From positions 5,270,001-5,334,000 of the forward strand of contig JAYWIR010000004.1 in NCBI GenBank assembly GCA_036172245.1: a DNA stretch of 64,000 nucleotides, given 5' to 3'. This document shows positions 39,480 through 51,777 of this stretch, piece by piece (within the stretch, counting starts at the first letter, position 1; the number at the start of each line of letters is the position of its first letter). Below the pieces are notes generated by a model that had not been told where the DNA came from, did not search any database, and saw only the letters and a list, made by a program, of their open reading frames with translations. The position numbers were made by a program, and so were the translations under genes. This DNA is from Raillietiella orientalis (lineage: Eukaryota).

Positions 39480-39810
39480 TGGGGCAAGGGGGGTGGACGA
39501 AACCCATCGCATCTCCTGCGGGTTAAGGATGACCTCCTACGGAGACTTGAAAGCGTGGATGTTTCGCGGCAAGCAGACGTGCCCCGCCTCTCTCGCTCCG
39601 TGAATCTTCGCCCAGGCGAAGACCGACTCCTGGGGACGGGCAGTGTGGTTCGCGGGAAGGCAGGAGATCCAGGTGTTCTCCTCCAAAAGGGCAACCATCC
39701 AACGGAGATGGACTAGGATGATGGAAATCCTTTCGCGCTCTCCCGTTTTCGTTGCCTTCCTTCCAGCTTTCCCTTTGTTTTTTCTTCGAATTTTCTTTTC
39801 TTTGGTTCTC
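39480..39810 (+). mobile_element. Short LINE C-terminal fragment
   Basis: AWMFRGKQTCP...IFAQAK followed by a T-rich tail. Confidence 0.4.
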
Positions 39811-39919
39811 AAGGAGTTGCTGAAGACCCCTTTGCCTGGGGGCTCGCGGGGCTGTTCAACGCTGCCCGCGCCACACCCGAGGTGCGTGTGTTAATTCTTC
39901 AAGTGATAGGAAGTGGCCA

Positions 39920-41690
39920 GCCACACTGTGAATCCAGGAAGGACTCCGGAGGAAGGAGTCCGCTCCCCTCACGCTTGGGAGGACAACCCCGAAGGGAACC
40001 ACCTCTTCCTGGTTCTCTCGAAGGGCCCCCCTGAGAACCGCTCCCGTTGTTTCCTCCTCTGAAGAGAAACCCGAAGGGACGCTTCCCAAGTCCGCACTTC
40101 TTGACACTCTAAAGAGGTGTCATCAACCGACCAGCTCCACAGTACAAGATGGAGGACCGAGGAGGGGGGGGGGGATAGCTCCATCTTCACAACTGGAGGG
40201 GGATGCCGAAGGGCCCTCGACGTTCTAGAAAGATCCTAGGGGGTCGGCTTCCAATCCCGGAATCCCGGCCACTCATCAGGGGGGCATCCGTTTTCCACCA
40301 GTGCCGCACGCGAAGTCTAAAAAGCCAGCCAGCATCATATTGCGAAGGGGACTCGAACCTGCAGCCACGAAGCACCCACTTCTCGGAGTCGATTCTCCAG
40401 GAGGGGCTTCGAACCCGCGAAGGTTGGTACGACCGCCGCAGCCACTCGGCCTCCAGTGCGGACCTCCAGCCCCTCCCTTCGTCGGCCGCAGCGCGTGGTG
40501 GGAAGAGCTGGGAGCTCCTCCCTTTGTCCGTTGCCCCGTTGCGACCGCTGGAGGCCGCACGGGGTCGGCGAGTTCCGGAGCGCCCCCGGGCTTCTTTCCG
40601 ACCAGTCCCGTGTGCCTCCCCACCGACCGAGGTGCCCTTCGGGGAACGTCGATCTGGAGGAGGCCGCCTTCCTCCAACCAGGAGGGCGCGCCCGCAGCGG
40701 AACTTTTGCCGCCGGCGTTTTCTTCGCGAGAAGAGGACTCTCGGAAGACGCCAAGATGGGATGCTGAGCCCGCGCCATCGTCCCAGCCCGCCGCCACCAG
40801 ATGCAGCAGCGACTGCTGCACTCCTTCTACAGCAACCACTCGCTGCAGAACGTGATATCCAGCTCATCATGCGTGCGCGGGAGCAAAGAACCTTCCTAGC
40901 CGCGGCACTGTCTTCCCTCAGGGAGCACCTGGGCAGTAACCAGCTGGCCAAATGGGAGGTCAGTTGCGAAATCAGTCAGAAGAGGGAACTAGATGGTGGG
41001 ACCACGGGTCAGCTCACGGACACTGCTATCCCCAGCGCCCCACCGAAAGGACTGTTGCTCTGGGAATTCCACAGGAGGACCTCGAGTAGTCCCCAGCGCT
41101 GAAATGGGGGGCTACAATGAGGCCCTACTCCTGAAGTGGTAGGAGTCGGCACTTCTGCTGCTGCACTGGGGCCTCCCATGCAACGCCCACCGGTATTGTT
41201 GGACCCGGTAGGCTGTGACCCCAACTGTTGCAGGTGTGCGGAACGGGAGTCCTAGCCCCCGCACCTGCTCGTAGACTGTGTTGCCCTCCAGCCCCTGTGG
41301 TTGCGTTACGCAACGGCTCCCAGTGCACCGACGGACAATCCCAGGGATTGTCCGTCGGTGCACTGAGAGCAGATGTGATGTGATGAAGCGCCTCTTCGTG
41401 TGCGACGCCCTTTCGCCTGCCGAATCCCTGACAACTCTTTGCTGCTGCCTTCGAGGGGTTGTGACGGCTTGGAGCGATGCCAGTGTAGGACTTCATGGTA
41501 GGGACGCCATTTGCTTCGCCCTGCGTTGCCTACGGACGGTAGCAAGATGGCCCCATCTGGGACACACTTGGATAGAACTTGACGGCATTCTGGAAAGGAT
41601 GCAGAGGACGCCCTCCAGAGGACAGTGGTCCTTTCCTTAACCCTCTCACTTTTTTTTGTAAATATTTTTTTGTTTTATTTTTGTTTTTGT
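39920..41690 (+). mobile_element. 5'-truncated LINE (RT end to 3' UTR)
   Basis: IQEGLRR, KILGG, LKW*ESALLLLHWGLPCNAHRYCWTR, CCRCAERES*PPHLLVDCVALQPLW (~41226-41300); T-rich UTR 41650-41690. Confidence 0.85.
41316..41370. repeat. Perfect 22 bp-arm palindrome with a 1-nt loop (27 bp arms allowing one mismatch)
   Basis: CAGTGCACCGACGGACAATCCC-A-GGGATTGTCCGTCGGTGCACTG at 41321-41365. Confidence 0.98.
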
Positions 41691-41839
41691 CTGCCCCTCC
41701 CTCCCTCCGCTGCCGAGGCGAACCTCGCCGGCCTACTTCTCGGTTACTAGGCAGTTTCCAAGCATTTTCGAACCATGTAGGGCCGATGGCCCTACACAAG
41801 TGTGTTTATTATTTTTTAACACCCGGCGTGGCCAGGTGT

Positions 41840-42450
41840 TAAACCACCTGCATGACAGCCGCCTGCTCGAGGACGGCTGCGAGGTGTGGCCTCGCCTCTA
41901 AGAAGCCGCCAGAGGGGTCGCCAGCCAGCTCTAGGAAGGAATGAGTGACTGTTGCCAACGACGCCCCCTTCCCCGCATCTTTTCCCAATTTCGGACTGCC
42001 CTCCCCCCCTTTCTCTAAGGCAGATAGACAAACATACACACGAAAAGGGTCCCGACTCCACGGGACTAGAACGGCGCGCTTCTCCCTGCTTGCACCCACG
42101 AACTTCGTCCAACCTGCTTGTGGAGGATGTTGCAGCACTCCTCCCGCACTCCCTGCAAGGTGGCGCGACGTTCCTCACGAGGGAAGCGGCTCCATCGCCT
42201 CTGGAAGGTTCTCCGAAGGGCCATGGCCCTGGCGCACCCTCCGCTCCTCGGGAGGCGTGAAGCGCGAGCGCACCGCTCCTGAAATGGGCGACCTCCCGTG
42301 CGTGACGTCACCATTGTTGCAGTTCGCGCGGCGCTTCGAGAGGTCTTCCCGCCGGCTCTCGCCTCCGAGTTTGTCCGCGTGTCGCTCTTCCCGCCGGGCT
42401 GTGTGGGAAAGCCCGTGGCCGCCGTCCCAGGAGGGAGGGAAGGGGAGGGG
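41840..42450 (-). mobile_element. Deleted LINE RT fragment
   Basis: RRVRQGHGPSENLPEAMEPL (RVRQG 42226-42240), VCLSALEKGGEGSPKL. Confidence 0.7.
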
Positions 42451-43149
42451 GAGAGCCGTGAATCGGAGCGTGTCGGGCGAAAATTGAGGTAGCAGGCGTG
42501 CAAGGAAGAGCGGGCGCTCACCACAAAAAGCGCCAACTTTCACTCGGGTTGGGTCCCGCGCGCCGTTCCGCGACTGCTCTCGACGGAAGGCAATTTGGTA
42601 ATGAGCGAGTTAATTGCCAAATCACCTCTCCAACGTATGAAATTCACGTCAGAAGGGCAAACACTCGACCGCCGGCGCTCCGAAAGAGGTGCCTTCCGTG
42701 CATCTTCTCGCCTCTCTCCGTCCACACACCTTCATCTTGGAAGGAGCAGGCGAGTCCGCCGTTCAATTTCAACATCGTTACGTGTAGAAATGCCCTCGTC
42801 GCGAGTGCAAAAAAAAGGAAAAAGAACGTCGGTTATGCATGTGGAGGAAGAAAAAAAGGGAGAGGGGCGAGGGGAGAGGGATCGTACGACTCGTTCGGAG
42901 TGATTCCGGAAGTGGTCGAATGCACGCACTTGGTAATTAAATTGGTAGTAGCGAACGGGCTGCGACGCTTCCGCGAAAGGACGGACGCACGCTTGCTAGC
43001 TGGCGGTTAGCGCTGCCCGCGCGTTCGCTGCCCGTGGCTTTCGGATTCCCCCCCGTCCCTCCCGCGAAAACGCGACGAGGGGAGGGGGAAGGACGCTCGC
43101 ACGGGAAGCCTCTGCGGGTACCCGCTCCTGCTCCTGCCGTTTGACGCCC

Positions 43150-44950
43150 GTCTCCGTAGGACCTGGAGAGGGGGTCGTCGGAGTGTGTCAGCTGAAGAAC
43201 AGCCGCGCGGCTTCCGCGGCGGGCAGTTCCCGCTGGTTCGGCTTGCGCGCGCTCGACCCCTCCTCGCCTGTGCTTGCGGGCATTCGGACTGCTCCTCGCC
43301 TGGCAGTCAGGTCCGCGCGTTGCTTCCGCGCGGATGCTTCTTCGGCGGGGCTAGCTGTCGATCAGCTAGGTCAGACCCTGCACTCACGTGCGCACGTGTG
43401 CAAGTCCTCACGGGGGACCTGCCGATGGGTGCCGATGGAATCAAAGATGGCGACGGTCGTTTGTGTTTATCGCGGCGAGGTCGAGGTCTCTTTCAGTTTC
43501 CCCCCACTTGTGCAAGGCGTTGCCTGCCGTGGGCTGCGCAGGTCGACTGCTCAAAAGACGCGTGGAAGGTGGGCGGAATCTCTTGGACGCACCTTCAGCG
43601 GATGCGTCCCATTCCAGATGATTCCGGAGTCCACGACGAGTAGGAGAGCTGCCCAGCAACGCCGGGAGCTGGTGGGTCGCCAGCCAGACCATTCGGGGAA
43701 CACATCCGGCGCTGAGTCCGGACACGGCGCTCCAGAGAGAGACGGGGAGGGTGGTCGCTTCCTCCCAGGAGTTTGGAGGAGGAGGGCGGCAAGCGCCGAG
43801 GATCGGTTCTCCGCTTCGCCTCCAAGGCAGTGACTATTGCAGACGGGGCAACGATAGCCGGAACTTTTCCAGGGAGCAGGCGAAGGACGTGGACGAAACT
43901 CCCCCCATCAGCACAGATGAAGGCATCTGGAAATTCCATTCTGCTGCAATTTATTATCCTGCAGCTCGGATATGAAATAACTTCTTCGTTACGCAGATGC
44001 AAGAGTGAAATGGACCACGGAGTGCACATGCATCGGGAAGGAAAATGCGAAATCGCGAAGCGAGCACGTTTCTATGGTGATTTCGAGCTGCTCTTGAGAC
44101 CATTCCGTTTTCGGGATCCCATCGACTCCATTTGCGGAGGACTCTGGGAGCATTTCGGAACGGGAGCGCGCTCCGAGAAGGTTCTCGAAAGAGCAGCCAT
44201 GCCGCGGAATGAGTGGATGCAACTTTCGGGTCGCAGCAGCACGAGGACGGAGTCGCCCTACGCTCCCGGCGTCACCCGGATTGAGATGCACGCCGTTGTC
44301 AGGGAGAGCAGCCCAAGCGCCTACCGCCGCTGGAATTCACTGAGCTGAAAACCACCGCGACTTGCACTCGACCGCCGCCTTCCACCCACGGAGACGATGG
44401 CGGCGGTGAGGATGCGCGCCGTCGTTGCGGCAGAGGCGTTCTGAGCAGGCGACGTGGGGGGAGGGGAATTCCCTGCCGCTCCCTGACCGGGAAGCCTTGC
44501 AAGAAGCTGCCTGAGCACGTGGCGCGACGGTCGAAGGAATCGGCAGGCGCCCCCCGACTCTGCGCACGATGCAACAGCGAGGCAGCACGGAGGTACCGGT
44601 CCGAGAGATGGCCGTGCCCTGCATCGGACAGCACCAGGCCTCCGGGCACTTTTCATTCAACAAGTTCGTCCGTGCGCGCGCCTCGACCTTCTTCCAGGGC
44701 GGCCATCGAAGACGGCCCCAATAGCCCGCACAGGCGGGCAGGGTGGGAGGACCCACCAGATCGCGTCCTCCCCGGAGTCTGACCGCAGATAGTCTGATAC
44801 GAAGAGTTGGTGACCCAAATCGGGAGGGTTTCCCTAAGGCGCTGGGCATCGGCAGCCGCCATCCGGGCTATTCGACGAGCAGATTCGGAGCGAAAGCCAA
44901 GCCTGGCGAGGTGGTCACACCGGACGTCCCCTGTTCCTGCAAGCCGGCGG
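43150..44950. mobile_element. Decayed Harbinger element: transposase (+, ~43150-44200) convergent with MADF-like ORF (-, ~44600-44950)
   Basis: Plus: CFRAD (43321), VPMESKMATVV, RRSTA, GEHIR, GGWSL, ASAEDRF, GNDSRNF, RARFYGDFELLLRPFRFRDPI. Minus (weaker): ETLPIWVTNSSY...PWKKV. Confidence 0.75.
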
Positions 44951-45699
44951 CAGCTTTGGAAGAGTTGAGACGGAGAAGGGGGTGGGGGTGGGGGGAAGAA
45001 CAGACATTAAGGATTGTTTCTTCGCTTCGCCACCAAAGGAGCGACCGCTAGGGTAAAAGCGGTTGTTCTGAGGTCTCTGAGGTCCTTGGGGACCGGGAAA
45101 TGAGTCAAGGGACTGTAACTTTCCAAGAAACAGGCGGGGTACACTGGAGGGGTGCAGAGCGCAGAAGGAAGGAGGAGGAAGCGGCAGCGGCCGCATTCCA
45201 GGGCTGCCGAAGCCAACCGTTCCTGCCTGAGACTTCCCAGGCACGAGATGGCGACGGTGACCATCCGGAGAGGCGTCCGCATGCCCTTCGGCATGCGTGC
45301 GGCGCCTCGCGGGAGGGAGCAGAGAGCGCGCATCCCTTCGGGGGGCGGTGCGCAGAGCCACCGCTCGGCAGCAGGAACCGAGTTTCCCAGGTTCACACAT
45401 AACTCCCCCTTCGTTCATCTCCCCTCCCCCCCTCCGCCCCTTCCTTCTTTTCCTGGTCGTGCGCGCGCGTGCTGTCACCACGGGGGCTGCCTTTTCGGGC
45501 TGCACGGCTCGGAGGCATTTCTGGGCGCTCACCGGCCCACCACCATCTGCTGCTGGATCGGCTCAAAGTGACCTGCGGAAGAGCTCTGAGGGCTCAGGCT
45601 CCCGCCCTGCTTGGTTTCCTCCCCCTCCCTTGAGCGTTCCGGCGGCGGCTCCACGGTCACAGCACCTAACCACCGGACCCTCGAAGACTGAGGGCGGGC

Positions 45700-47200
45700 T
45701 GAACAGAAAGATATCCCCTGCGAGAAGAGGTGTCCCAGGACGTGACTCTTTTTGGGGCTCGTGCGCCAGGTTTCAGGGAGACACACTAGCAAGAGCGAAA
45801 GGTGCGTCCATGAAGGCGGAGGGGAGGAACTGTGGAGGCTCTTCGGGCTCGGTCGCTCCCCACGAACTCTCCCTCCCTCCTTCCTTGAGAAGGTGCTCCG
45901 ACCAGCCCTGCATTTCTGCGACCCCCTGTGCATATGGAGCCGGGAGGACTCCCCCAGGCTTCGTCCCGGCCGGGCGTGTTCTACCCTCTGGCGCCACGTG
46001 ATTCTGTCACGGAGGGAGTGCCGGACGCGCGTGATGCGCGCGCACTCCCTGGCTGACACTCGCGAAAGCTTCGGGCGAAACGCCCGAGCGCGCCATCTCG
46101 TCCGCCGTAGGGTCACACCGGGACAGGAGCAACAGCAGCGCGCTCTTCGCCGCCGTCGCTCCGGGAAACAGAGGGACACCGCTCCAGGCAGAGGCTTCCA
46201 GCCTCTGCAGGGGGCATCTCTGCTGCCGGGGGACCTGCGCTTGGTTGACCAGGCTCGTCGACGGGTCGGAGGAAGACGGCGCTGACGCTCGAGCAGGTCC
46301 AAGGTCAGCTTGCCGGCTCCGCGTCCACCAGAAGTTCCTGGATGAACCGGATGCGAAAGCATCAGGATTGTCCGTTGCTCCTCCGTGGCCTGGACTACCT
46401 GGCCGAATTCTCTGCCTCGACGAAGCCCCAATGATCCATCTGGGGGTTCCGGTTTTTGTCCGGGGTCATCGCTGTCTCCCTGGTTCGAACCCGCTTCAGG
46501 AGGAAACCGAAGCGCGTCGGCTGCAAATATCTTCTCTCGGGAAGTGGGAAGGTCATCTTCGGTGTCTGATCTTGGTGGAGAACCCGCGTCCAATTCACGG
46601 GCAACGTCAACATGGTGACCGTTCAGAAATGCAGGAGGAAAGCAGCTCAAGCTTGCTGAAGACGAGTCAATGAGAAGCTCTCCTTGGAGAGGCAGCCTGA
46701 CCAAGGGAAGGGTACCGTCCTGCGTTGGACAGCTTCGCGCGCTTGGACCACTTTCTGTCCGGGATGGAGACCGCCTAAGGGCTTGCTGACTGGGAATGCA
46801 TTCGTGCGGCTTGGCTCAACGCACTACCTGGGATATAACATGGACCGCATGTGCCGGAGGTGAGTGGTCTGGGACAGCCCCCTCAGGCACATCCTTAGTT
46901 GCCTCATCTACAGGTCAGAATCTGATTGCCGGAGGGCACGGTGAAGATCTGGTGGCCCCCTTCAAGGATGCTGCTCGAGAACAAAAGGTAACTGGTAGCC
47001 CCCACTCAGCCCATACTCGGGGCGCACTCGAGCCTCCTACCGCACCTGGACCAACCCAAGTGAAGGTCAGATCGTCATCCTCGGTGTAACCTGCCCAGGG
47101 ACCGGAAGCTTTGCGGGTAGAGCACTGGAGCCCATCTGTTTCACATGTCTCGGGCGCATGACCCCTCGGTGAAAAATCCCTCTACGAGAGGAACCCGGCC
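45700..47200 (+). mobile_element. Decayed LINE (RT to CCHC)
   Basis: FLEKVLRPAL...RPGR, SLADTRESFGR, KASGLSV, PMIHLGVP, ISSLGK, LCG*STGAHLF (~47110-47145). Confidence 0.7.
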
Positions 47201-47613
47201 AGCGTGGGAAGGGGAGGGAAGGTCATCTCAGCAGGCGAGTCTTCGAGCACTCCTTGGCTTCCATGGTTGCTGACGGAATTCACCGAGGCCCGCCCTTCCC
47301 TCTCCTCAGTAATGGCCACCAACACTCCCTCGTGGAAAGAGACGAGTGTCGCATCCCGTGGCACGCCGTGATCCACCGTTCCGGCAGCGCCAATTTAGCC
47401 GAAACGGACCCGCCGCCGACGCCCACGGGGTCCGGCAGGTTCCGACCTTCAGCATCGAAGCGAGTCGGACTTTCCATCCCATCGAAGGTTCGAGAACATG
47501 CCGCGGTCACTTCCACCCCGCGGCCTCTGATCCTTTGCTCCATATTGGATGACACTCCGCTCTCCCTTCCGCTTCGGCGAGCGCCAGTCATCCTGAGACG
47601 ATGATGGTGATGG

Positions 47614-47802
47614 CGAAAAGAAAGAGGAAGGGAAGAGGAAGAAAAGGAAAGAAGAGGAAGAGGATTGGAGAAGAGGGGAAAAAGAGGAAGAGGAAAAGGG
47701 AAACAATGAGGAGGAGGGTGGAGGAAGGACGGGAGGAAGAGGGCAGGGAGGGAAGAAAACGAAGAAGAAAGGAAGGAAGGAGGAGGAGGAGGAAGGGAAA
47801 AG
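47614..47802 (+). repeat. Polypurine (G/A) low-complexity tract
   Basis: About 190 nt almost purely A/G. Confidence 0.9.
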
Positions 47803-50800
47803 ACGTTGGAAAAAACCAGCTACTGGAGATGCTTCGGTTGGCCTTGTAGCCAGTTTCCTGCAACATGAGCAAATAGGGGCCACATCCAGAGTTTCCCCCT
47901 GGCTTCGTCCTGGCCAGACCTGCTCTGCCCTCTGGCGCAGGGGGCGCACTCTCAAACACACAATGAACCTGGCGTGCGATTTTGGCACGGAGGGGTGCGC
48001 ATGCGTGCTCACGCGATGCGCGCACGCATGCACACCCACAGTGAACGTGGCCGCGAGCCATATTCGTGCGGGTGGATCTGCCTTTTGGGGAAAAAGGGAG
48101 CTTAAGCGCCTGGGATGAGGGGCGTCCGGATGAGGGCTGACCACTCTATCCGCCTCCTTCGGCGTGTCCCCAGCCCTTCGAGTCGTCATCCGGGGAAGCG
48201 GGGGCCCGTGCATTCCCATTCCTGCGACCTCTCCTGCTCGTGGTAGGGGGGAGGGACGAGCGCGGATCCCTCCCGGTTTCCGGAACCACGAGCGGGGGCC
48301 TCACGTTGCCCCGGGAGGGACCACCTCGATGGAAGGGATGGCCACAGCACCGGACAGGTGGCCTTTGAGAAGGGTTCGAGAGGCTGGGGTGGAGCGAAGG
48401 ACGCCTCCAGGCTCCTGGATGGATGGGCGGCGACGGGGTCGGATCGTGCGAAGGTGCCTCTTTTTGAACTTCCCTGGAGAGCGGCCGGGAGGCACCTCCA
48501 CACGGCAGGACCGAAATCCCGGGAAGCGCGTAGTGCAGAGGGAGGGGAATTTTTCGTCGTTCCGACACTCCTCCCGTAGTGTGAACGCGGGAGAGCGGGC
48601 GGGGGCGGACCAGGTGGGGAAGAGGCGCGTGCGGCGGCGCGAAGAACGAGGATGACGTCACGAGGGCGGGACGACGTGACGCCAAGGACGGCGCGCTCTG
48701 CGTACGTGGCGCCCAGCCAGCATTCTTCCCTCTTTCCTCCTCCTCCCCTCTTCCACGCGGCAGCAGCTGCTGGGAATCGACAGAATGGCGGTCCGCGAGG
48801 AGTCCTTTCGAGAAAGGTGCGTTTGGGGCAATCGGCGACGGTAGCTCCAGCGCCCATTCCCGGAGCGCTCCCTCGTCCCTACTCCTGTGCCCACCCTTCT
48901 GGAGCGACCGGCCTCCCTTCGACCCCGACTTTTCCAGAGACAACTTAGGATTGGCCCCGAGTGGGAGTGCGGAAGGGAGGGCCCGCTGGCATCCGGGAGC
49001 CCCGTTCCCAGAAGGCTCGGGACCGCGCGCCAGCGAGCGAACCCGGAGAGAAGGAAACGCCGGAGGTCCTCTCCATCTGCCGTCCCGTCTGCACGACCAT
49101 CCGGGGCAGCAGGGAAGGAAGGTGAAGAGCGAGCTGGAAGGAAACCCCAGGGGGTACCAGAGCGACACCGCCACTATCCCCCTTCCGGACACTCCGGGTT
49201 TCCGGAGGCCCCATTCCAGTTCCTGCTTCCGTGCGCGCTCTCTTTTTCGGAAAGCCACGGGAGTGCGCGGGGAGAGGGCAGATCGAGAGGGAGCCGACAT
49301 GGGTAAGCACGCGGGGGGCAGGGTCGACATGGGTTCGCGGGAGGCCCAAGGAAGCGGCAGCGACTGAGAGTCTTCCCAGGGGACTCCCGGCGAAGAACGG
49401 AGGAGGGAGAGGAACGCGATGAGGTCTCAGAGAGATCCCTGACCTTTGCCCGGAGCCACGTGAGGCTGACCCTCCTGATTCCCCCGCCCGGAGGTCGCGC
49501 GTCCTTGTCCAAAGATTTGAGACGAAGCGGACCGTCATGCCCTAGTCTCGCGGAGAAAAGGGTCTCTCCTACCTCCAACCCCTACCCCTTCCTGGGAAAG
49601 GCACCTGTAGGGCCTCACCTGATCCCTTCCTTACCGTCCCCGGCACTCCTTCGCTTACTTGGCAACCTCTGCTGTCGGACACCCAGGACTTTGACCGAAA
49701 GTCACGCTCCCTGACGGCGGTCAGGGGTTGCTGCTGCTACACAGAGGCCCTCTTCCCCCCCCACACACCTTCAGGAGAGGCATAGGGAAAGTGAGGGGGG
49801 CAGGGGATACCCCGTCCTTTCGAAATGGCTCCCCTAGGCCCGAGAAGCACCCCCGGAGTCCTCCGGGAGAGGAAAGCCCAATCAGAATCCCCCCCCGCGT
49901 CCCCCCTACCTGTTCCCAGTCCCCAGGGCGGTGCCTCGTTTCGCGCCGCGATCAAGGGCATTGCCGCCGCGGAGCGCCAGGGGGAGGTCACCCGCATCTC
50001 CGCCTCGTACCAGCGGGAAAGGAGGGGCTGATACGGCGAAGCAGGGTGCATTCCAAGGACCCTCGGCTCCTCCTCCTCTTTCCCTCTTCCCCGGTACAGG
50101 AAATCTTGCGCATTCCCGGGGGGTGCAAAACCGGTCCGCGCGGATCATGGGGCTGGATCTTCCTTACTCCTCCCCCCGGAAAACTGGCTACGGGCGTCTT
50201 CGGCCCCGTGAGTTCCTGGAGGCGACTTTCCCTAACAGTTCCCCTTCTACACTCGCGTTGCCGTTCCCCTTAATTCCTGTGCTCTCCTCTCCCCGGGGAC
50301 CGCGATGGTAGGGGAGTCGGTCGCCCTTGACCTCCCTTTTCGCGAGGTCCCTGTGCCCCATTCGCAGTCCCGCTTTCACACCCTCTTCCCCTTCCCCCTC
50401 CCCCTTAGAGCGGCCTCACTTCCGCAGGGACGCCTCGTCAGAGCAGAGGACGAGTGCGCGCCACCTTCCCGGACAGAGCGCTCCCCACGAGAGACACCCC
50501 CATCCCCTCTTTCCCGTGTGTGTGGCCCGCAAGCCCCCTCCCCCGCCGCCGTCGTCGCCGCCATTGCTTTCGCGTGCCGCGGCGCTCCTTCGCCAGCGTG
50601 GGGCGCCCACACGCTACGGGGCGGCCTCGCTAGTTGCCCCACTCCTCAGTTCCCCTTTCTACCCCTCCCCCTCTCGCTTCGGGGCAAGAGGGCTCTTCCT
50701 CCCGCAGCGGACTCCTGGCGTCACGAAGCGCTCTTTTCTGCACGCGTTCTGGAGCGGGGCGCGCGTGCTCGCGGGCCGCTTGCCAGCCGCCACTCCGGAC

Positions 50801-51569
50801 CCGTCCAAAAATCTCCCCCCCCCCCTCCTCCGTCTCGTTGCTTTCCCAGGACCTCCGCTCCGTATTTTTAACCGGGAGGAGAGGAAGGGAGGAGGTATCT
50901 ATCCGAGGAAAAGAAGAAGGGGGGAGGGCGGCTGCGCAGCGCAGCTCTTCGCTTCTCCCAGCAAGAGGTCACGGAAGAAGGTGCTGAGGAGCGTGGTTTC
51001 CTCCCTCTTCCCCCTCCCGACTTCCACATAGGGAGCAAGGTACCCTCGGGGAGCAGCGACGACCGTGCTGAAGGACCCCAGAAGCTACCGCCTGGTGATC
51101 TTCCCTTGTCCATAGACTCGCCCCCCGCAAGGAGATGCCGTGGGCTCTCCTTCCGGACCGCCACAGTCTCCTCCCGCCTTATGGGGAGTGGCGGAGGCCG
51201 CCCCTCCAACCACCTCGCGAGGTGGTCGGAGAGGAAGTGACCCCGTGCACACCGGGATTCTCGGTTCCGGGAGCCGCGGATTCCGGAGACCAAGGCTGAG
51301 TCACCGTAGTCCATCCTCTCCTCTCCGCCGCTCCTTCGCGCTGCCCGCGGGGCGTGTGGCCTAGCGCCACGCCCGGAGATCTTCCTTCCCCCTTCTCTTC
51401 CTGCTCCGCCTCGCCCCTTCCCTTTCTCTTACCTCGACTTCACCCTGGTGACCCGGGAGTTAACTTGGGGCCCTACCGGCGGGCCATTCTTAGGAGAGTC
51501 TGGACGAGACCGGGAGAAGCGTGAAGACGAGAAAACAAGGAGAGGGTCGAGAGCGCCCGAAGGAATGGA

Positions 51570-51777
51570 AAAATTGGGAGAAAGAAGGGAAGAGGAGGAG
51601 AAGGAAGGAAGAAACAGGGAAGAAGGGCGGAGGAAGGGAAGAGGAAAAAGGGAAGAAAGGGGAAAGAAGGGAGGAAGAAGGGGGGAAGGGAGGAAAAAGG
51701 GGGGAAGGGAGGAAGAAGGGGGGAAGGGAGGAAGAAGGGGGGAAGGGAGGAAGAAGGGAGAAAGAGAGGAGGAGAAG
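51570..51777 (+). repeat. Polypurine tract containing a 19 bp minisatellite AAGGGAGGAAGAAGGGGGG x ~4.8 (51667-51758)
   Basis: Units at 51667, 51686, 51705, 51724 and 51743 (partial); one mismatch in total. Confidence 0.92.

Noticed and set aside
35560..39810. Twin-priming 5' inversions to explain head-to-head LINE pairs
   Set aside because: Both members of each pair cover overlapping 3' regions with their own T-rich ends. Twin priming should give complementary, non-overlapping parts.
47601..47849. K/R/E-rich ORFs (also at 51448-52122 and 33246-33764) as basic nuclear proteins
   Set aside because: They are simple translations of polypurine tracts.
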